Assembly: GCA_029098225.1 (NCBI GenBank)
Contig: JAQXNX010000032.1
Coordinates: forward strand, 256,005 to 320,004
Direction of reading: 5' to 3'
DNA length: 64,000 bases
Source of the DNA: Spirochaetales bacterium
GTDB taxonomy: Bacteria; Spirochaetota; Spirochaetia; Treponematales; Treponemataceae
A program made the position numbers and the translations under genes. Below the pieces are notes generated by a model. The model searched no databases. It saw only the letters and a list, made by a program, of their open reading frames with translations, and was not told the origin of the DNA. Positions 59,109 to 64,000 of this stretch are shown here, piece after piece; positions within the stretch are counted from its first letter, which is position 1; each line of letters opens with the position of its first letter.

Positions 59109-60680
59109 TTACAATGTAGCAATAGTCTTTTCAATTCTTGCAAGAGCGCGCTCTTTTCCAAGAACAAGGATAGAACCGATGAGCGGTGGTGAAACACGGC
59201 TGCCAGTTACTGCCATACGGATTGGCATCATGAAATCGCCAAGCTTAATTCCAAGCGCTTCTGCCTTTGTCTTTGCCAAAGCTTCTGCACCTTCGTGATC
59301 CAAACTGAAGCACTGGTGAACAAAGTCTTTTGCAGCTTCCAAAACTTCCTTTGTCTTAGCAGCATCAATGCGCTTTGGAATAATCTGATCTACAGGAGGA
59401 ACAGCAGGCTCTGTAAACATAAAGTGAACCATTTCTGCTGCTTCTGTAAGGAACTTAAGGCGTTCCTGAATAAGTGGCATAAGTCCCATTAATGTTTTTT
59501 CAACATCTTCTGTAGACATATTCATTGACTTATCTACGCAGTATGGGCGGCCGTCTTCGCCCATAGCAACGCCAGAAAACTCTGGACCAACATTTGGTTT
59601 TGGCTGTGGGTTTTCAGGATTGATTTCGAGAAGGGCATCGCCGGTTCCTGTAATAAATGGAAGTGTCCACTTGTAAAGCTCTTCGGTGCTCAGCTGGCGG
59701 ATATAGTTTCCGTTGTAGTACTCAAGCTTTTTGTAGTCAAAAACTGCTGGAGCCTTGTTCAGGTGCTCAAGCTTAAAGGCCTTTGCAAGCTCTTCCAGAG
59801 TATAGAACTCTTTTCCTTCTTCGTAAGAACAGCCGAGCATTGCAACGTAGTTTACAATTGCCTGTGGTAAGTAACCGCGTGCACGGAACTCGTTCAAGCT
59901 TGTAGAACCGTGGCGCTTGCTTAATTTCTTTCCGTCTGCACCATTTACCATTGGAAGGTGGCAGAACTCAGGGTGTTCCCAGCCAAAAGCGCGGTACATC
60001 TGAACGTGGAGCGGAGTTGAAGGAATCCATTCCTGAGCGCGCATAACGTGGCTGATCTTCATAAAGTGGTCATCAACAATGTTAGCAAGGTGATAGGTTG
60101 GGAAGCCGTCAGACTTAAGCAAAACCGGGTCCGGAGAAATATCTTCGTTCTTCCATACGATGTCGCCAAGCAGGTGGTCAGAGAATTTTGTCTCTCCTTC
60201 CATTGGAACCTTAAGGCGGATTACATAAGGCTTACCTGCGTCGAGATTAGCCTTTACTTCTTCCGGAGTAAGGTGGCGGCAGTTGCGGTCGTAACCAGGA
60301 GCCATCTTATTTTCTGTCTGAATCTTTCTGATGCGGTCGAGGCGTTCTGCATCACAGAAGCAGTAGTAAGCCTCTCCCTTTTCTACAAGTTCATAAGCAT
60401 ATTTTTTGTAAAGCTCAAAGCGCTCGCTCTGAACGTAAGGACCGTATTCACCGCCCTTAGAACCGCCTTCATCCCAGTCAATTCCAAGCCATGCCATTGT
60501 ATCGTAAAGGTTCTGAACATATTTTTCGTCATAACGGGTGCGGTCTGTATCTTCCAGACGAAGAATGAATTTTCCGTTTTGTGAACGTGCAAAAAGATAA
60601 TTAAAAAGCGCAGTGCGGACACCACCAATGTGCTGCATTCCAGTTGGAGACGGTGCATATCTAACTCTAACTTCACTCAT
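59109..60680 (-). CDS. gltX: glutamyl-tRNA synthetase
   Basis: RVRYAPSPTG, HIGG, LRLEDTD, GKKLSKRHG; GAGGAG SD before ATG 60680. Confidence 0.98.
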   Translation of the reverse strand: MSEVRVRYAPSPTGMQHIGGVRTALFNYLFARSQNGKFILRLEDTDRTRYDEKYVQNLYDTMAWLGIDWDEGGSKGGEYGPYVQSERFELYKKYAYELVEKGEAYYCFCDAERLDRIRKIQTENKMAPGYDRNCRHLTPEEVKANLDAGKPYVIRLKVPMEGETKFSDHLLGDIVWKNEDISPDPVLLKSDGFPTYHLANIVDDHFMKISHVMRAQEWIPSTPLHVQMYRAFGWEHPEFCHLPMVNGADGKKLSKRHGSTSLNEFRARGYLPQAIVNYVAMLGCSYEEGKEFYTLEELAKAFKLEHLNKAPAVFDYKKLEYYNGNYIRQLSTEELYKWTLPFITGTGDALLEINPENPQPKPNVGPEFSGVAMGEDGRPYCVDKSMNMSTEDVEKTLMGLMPLIQERLKFLTEAAEMVHFMFTEPAVPPVDQIIPKRIDAAKTKEVLEAAKDFVHQCFSLDHEGAEALAKTKAEALGIKLGDFMMPIRMAVTGSRVSPPLIGSILVLGKERALARIEKTIATL

Positions 60681-60812
60681 TTTTATACTCCTCATAATTT
60701 CCGCGTTAGCAAGCGCGGTCGCTCAAACAAGCGCAAAACAAATCGTATTTTTATAAAAGTTTATTATAGTGAGAAAACTATTTTTATACAATTAATAATA
60801 CTAAGAAGAACC

Positions 60813-60926
60813 TGGACGCATTTTTGCGTTGCAAAAACCAGGCTTTTCGCCCTTCGCCGACTAACCGCGGCTCATTCCTCCGCAAAGCTACGGAACGCCT
60901 TCGGCGGGGCTACAATCCTTTGCGCG
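60813..60926 (+). ncRNA. structured intergenic element, Flavo-1-like RNA/repeat (copy 2)
   Basis: GGACGCA...CCAGGCTTTTCGC...GCTACAATCCTTTGCGCG; same architecture as 9328-9428. Confidence 0.55.
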
Positions 60927-60979
60927 TTTTTTATTCTCTTCCCTATACTCAAACAATTTTTATTATTATAATATTCACT

Positions 60980-61918
60980 ATGATTGATTTTCTTGCTTCC
61001 ATGTTAAAACTTGCAAAAATTCCATTTACTCAAAACGAACCGCTTGCTCAAAAATCTACATTTAAAATTGGAGGAACATCAAAACTATATATAACTCCTC
61101 AAAATCCTGAACAATTAGAATCATCTATAAATGCCGTACGCAATGCAGAAATTCCTTATTTTCTAATTGGAGGAGCAAGCAATGTAGTTTTTCCAGACGG
61201 CGAATTTAATGGAGCAATAATTTCAACACAGAATCTCAAAGAAATATTTTATGAATCAGATGCTTCTACAGACAATACAGCTTTAGTTACCTGCCAATGT
61301 GGTGTTCCAATGGCATCCTTTGTTGACTTTTGTACAAAACATAATCTTTCGGGCGCAGAACAATTTGCAGGACTTCCAGGTTCTGTTGGCGGAGCTGTTT
61401 ATATGAATGCCCGATGTTTTGACCGTTCAATAAGCGACATTCTTGTTTCAACAAGACACATAGAATTTCACGAAAAAAAGTCAGTACAAATCCAAAAAGA
61501 TTTTTGCAACGAAGAATGGGATTATAAAAAATCACCATTTCAAACCTCAGATAATTCAAAATTTATTTTAGAAGCAGCCTTCCGTTTAACTAAACTTTCA
61601 TCTAACGATTCAATTTCTCAAAAATGTAAATTCTATATTGCTGAGCGTGTAGATAAAGGACATTTTAAATTTCCAAGTGCTGGAAGTGTTTTTAAAAACA
61701 ATCATGCCTTTGGAAAACCAAGTGGAAAACTAATTGATGAAGCCGGTTTAAAAGGACTTCAAATAGGCGGCGCACAAATCGCTCCCTTCCATGGAAACTT
61801 TATAATTAATGTAAATAATGCCAAAGCAGCAGACGTCAAACAGCTGGTAGAAAAAACTCAGCAGGTTGTAAAAGAAAAATTCGGCTTTTTACTTGAGCCG
61901 GAAATTATATTTATTTAA
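60980..61918 (+). CDS. murB: UDP-N-acetylenolpyruvoylglucosamine reductase
   Basis: STFKIGG, IGGASNVV, GLPGSVGGAVYMNA, PSAGSVFKN, HGNFIIN, LEPEI; ORF-track extension reads through the structured element. Confidence 0.96.
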   Translation: MIDFLASMLKLAKIPFTQNEPLAQKSTFKIGGTSKLYITPQNPEQLESSINAVRNAEIPYFLIGGASNVVFPDGEFNGAIISTQNLKEIFYESDASTDNTALVTCQCGVPMASFVDFCTKHNLSGAEQFAGLPGSVGGAVYMNARCFDRSISDILVSTRHIEFHEKKSVQIQKDFCNEEWDYKKSPFQTSDNSKFILEAAFRLTKLSSNDSISQKCKFYIAERVDKGHFKFPSAGSVFKNNHAFGKPSGKLIDEAGLKGLQIGGAQIAPFHGNFIINVNNAKAADVKQLVEKTQQVVKEKFGFLLEPEIIFI

Positions 61919-62024
61919 ATTCAGAATTTCTCTTTCCGGAATTTTTAATTTAATATATATTCTTATATATTTCATAATATTCCAGTCTATTCAGTATACA
62001 ATTCAAATCCACTTCATTATCAAT

Positions 62025-62053
62025 TTGACAAATCAGCAATATGTTTTTATAAT
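62025..62053 (+). promoter_or_regulatory. consensus sigma70 promoter
   Basis: TTGACA, 17 nt, TATAAT. Confidence 0.85.
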
Positions 62054-62081
62054 TAACAGATAACATTAAAGGAGTGAGACC

Positions 62082-63314
62082 TTGTTACAACTTCAGGTAA
62101 TAAACTTCCGGAAAGGAAGCTACATAGTAGTAGAAGGAAAAGAAGATTCTGCTAATTTTTATATTATTCAACAAGGTACTGTAAGATCACAGAAAGTCTA
62201 TGGTGGTATGCCTCCTGTAAATTATGGACCTGGAGACTTCGTTGGCGTTGTTCCATGTATGTCTGGCCATGCCCAAATTGAAACAGCCGTTGCTGTTACA
62301 GATGTAGTTGCAATTTCTGTAAGAAAAGAACAATATCCGGAACTTATTTCTCAAAATACTCCCGTTGCTCTTAAAATAATCAAAACCTTTTCTAACCGAA
62401 TGCGTGTTATGAACGAAATGCTTTCTAAAGCAACTCTTAAATCAACAACACGCGACGATTATGAACAGCTTTTTTATGTAGGCCAATTTTATGAAAAAGC
62501 AAGAATGAATAATGTTGCTGCCTTCGCCTACTACCAATATTTAAAAACTCATCCTACTTCAGAAAATCTTGAAATAGCTAAACAACGCTTTGTTGCTTTA
62601 AAACAAACTGCTCATCCGGTATTTCTGGAATCTACTCCAGATTTAACCAGAGCTTATCCTAAAAACACAATGATTTTTTCCGAAGCTCAAAGTGGTGCTG
62701 ATATGTTTATTATTCAGCAGGGCGAAGTTACAATTTCTAAAATTGTAGATGGAAATGTCGTTACATTTGCAATTCTTGGAAAAGGCGATATGTTTGGCGA
62801 AATGGCATTACTGGAAAATAAACCTCGTTCTGCAAGTGCTATTGCCCACAGTGATTGTGTTCTTATGGTTGTAAACCGTTCAAACTTTAATCAAATGGTT
62901 TCTACACAACCGCAGATGATAGCAAAACTTACAACAACTCTTGCCGACAGACTCTGGTCTATGTACCGCAATCTTGATAATGCAAATATCGTAGATCCTT
63001 TATTCAAAATGCTTGATATGCTTTTACTTCAGCTTGAGAAACAACGCAAGCATATAGATTTCCATTCCGCACTTAAACAGCCTTATCAGACAGAATACAC
63101 TCCTCTGGATTTAGCAAATATGTGCGGAATTCCATCAGAAAATCAGCCACTTGCAATAGGTAAGTTCATGCAGGAACCAAATTTCCAGATTCAAAAAGAA
63201 AAAATCTTTATAAAAGACATGCTTGAACTTGCAAAGCAGGTTGCTTTCCTTAAAAAACAGCAGGCTATTTCTAACAGTATCAATAATTCAGAAAAAGCAA
63301 CTGGTGTTCTTTAA
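62082..63314 (+). CDS. tandem cyclic-nucleotide-binding-domain protein (Crp/Fnr-like)
   Basis: Two cNMP domains (FYIIQQGTV...GDFVG; MFIIQQGEV...GDMFGEMALLENKPRSASA); TTG start after AAGGAG. Confidence 0.85.
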   Translation: MLQLQVINFRKGSYIVVEGKEDSANFYIIQQGTVRSQKVYGGMPPVNYGPGDFVGVVPCMSGHAQIETAVAVTDVVAISVRKEQYPELISQNTPVALKIIKTFSNRMRVMNEMLSKATLKSTTRDDYEQLFYVGQFYEKARMNNVAAFAYYQYLKTHPTSENLEIAKQRFVALKQTAHPVFLESTPDLTRAYPKNTMIFSEAQSGADMFIIQQGEVTISKIVDGNVVTFAILGKGDMFGEMALLENKPRSASAIAHSDCVLMVVNRSNFNQMVSTQPQMIAKLTTTLADRLWSMYRNLDNANIVDPLFKMLDMLLLQLEKQRKHIDFHSALKQPYQTEYTPLDLANMCGIPSENQPLAIGKFMQEPNFQIQKEKIFIKDMLELAKQVAFLKKQQAISNSINNSEKATGVL

Positions 63315-63388
63315 TCAGTCTTTTATAATTTCATTTTCGTTTTAAAACTCACTCTTATGTATATATTTTTTTTTCCGATAATTTATTT

Positions 63389-63928
63389 ATGAAAAGAAAA
63401 TTTTTATTCACATTTTCATTTCTTTTTTTAATATTCTCTCTTTGCTCCGAAGACTTACCAAATGGTTATAAAAATATAAAGCTTGGAATGTCTCTTCAGG
63501 AAACAAAAGATGAACTTGTTAAAAATTCTGAATTTGGTTATAGGGGTGAAAGAGATGTTTCTTTATTGCCAAGTGCAAATAAAGAGCTTATAGAAACAGA
63601 TTCTTCTACTGGACTTGGTTCAAACTTTTTAGAGCGCTGCTGGTTTCAGTTTTTTGATGACGAACTTTATATTATTACAATCAATATGAATAAAGAACGC
63701 ATTGATTATTACAGTATTTTTACAACTCTCTGTAATAAATATGGAGAACCTGTAAAAATTAGTCCGCAAGGCGCAACCTGGAAAAATGACAAAATTACAA
63801 TGTCTCTTGAAAAGCCTTTAACTTTAAAATATATAGATAATTCAATCTATGATAAAACTCAAAATTATTCAAATGTTGAATTATCTGCCACTGAAATAAC
63901 ACAACAAATGTTTTTGGACGAACTATGA
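63389..63928 (+). CDS. secreted hypothetical protein
   Basis: Signal-peptide-like N-terminus; YKNIKLGMS...FQFFDDELYII...KYGEP. Confidence 0.7.
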   Translation: MKRKFLFTFSFLFLIFSLCSEDLPNGYKNIKLGMSLQETKDELVKNSEFGYRGERDVSLLPSANKELIETDSSTGLGSNFLERCWFQFFDDELYIITINMNKERIDYYSIFTTLCNKYGEPVKISPQGATWKNDKITMSLEKPLTLKYIDNSIYDKTQNYSNVELSATEITQQMFLDEL

Positions 63929-64000
63929 AACAAAAATTTCCTTTTATTTTGATTTTTTCATTTATATGTGCAGCAACTATAAGCTGTAAAAATGGCAAGC
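63925..64000 (+). CDS. start of a probable lipoprotein, truncated by the right edge
   Basis: ATG 63925 overlaps the previous stop: MKQKFPFILIFSFICAATIS-CKNGK. Confidence 0.55.
   Translation, partial: MKQKFPFILIFSFICAATISCKNGK

Noticed and set aside
60630-60979. 113-aa ORF and the 52-codon N-terminal extension of murB
   Set aside because: Read-through of GC-rich structured elements; same artefact at 9323-9463 and 56803-56883.
1-64000. tRNA, rRNA, CRISPR array, transposase, integrase, reverse transcriptase
   Set aside because: None recognised by eye in any intergenic gap or ORF; tRNAscan-SE, Infernal and HMM searches would be needed to exclude them formally.

Overview
AT-rich bacterial chromosome segment, most likely from a gut/rumen Treponema (inference from spirochete-style MCPs, LeuRS/GluRS, the murB + tandem cNMP-protein neighbourhood and many lipoproteins; no database search was run). 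About 47 CDS. Housekeeping genes (rplM-rpsI, recX, clpP, leuS, pyrE, carB, gltX, murB) alternate with accessory genes (GH36 alpha-galactosidase, a GC-rich ABC exporter pair, alpha/beta hydrolase, two-component system plus a Cthe_2159-like lipoprotein, orphan surface proteins, MATE, an ORF6N-type gene remnant). I saw no rRNA, tRNA, CRISPR array, transposase or integrase. Best leads: (1) a soluble [FeFe]-hydrogenase-like/MCP fusion, a candidate H2 chemoreceptor, 3 nt upstream of an alpha-galactosidase and followed by a Cache-type MCP; (2) two diverged ~100-115 nt intergenic elements with compensatory base changes (Flavo-1-like), each in front of an apparently leaderless gene; (3) an RBS-duplicating, two-state hairpin in the leuS 5' UTR; (4) a short-ORF plus terminator arrangement ahead of carB; (5) many genes with a -10 box only 5-9 nt before the ATG. 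Where the ORF track start looked over-extended I re-called the start from SD or promoter context.
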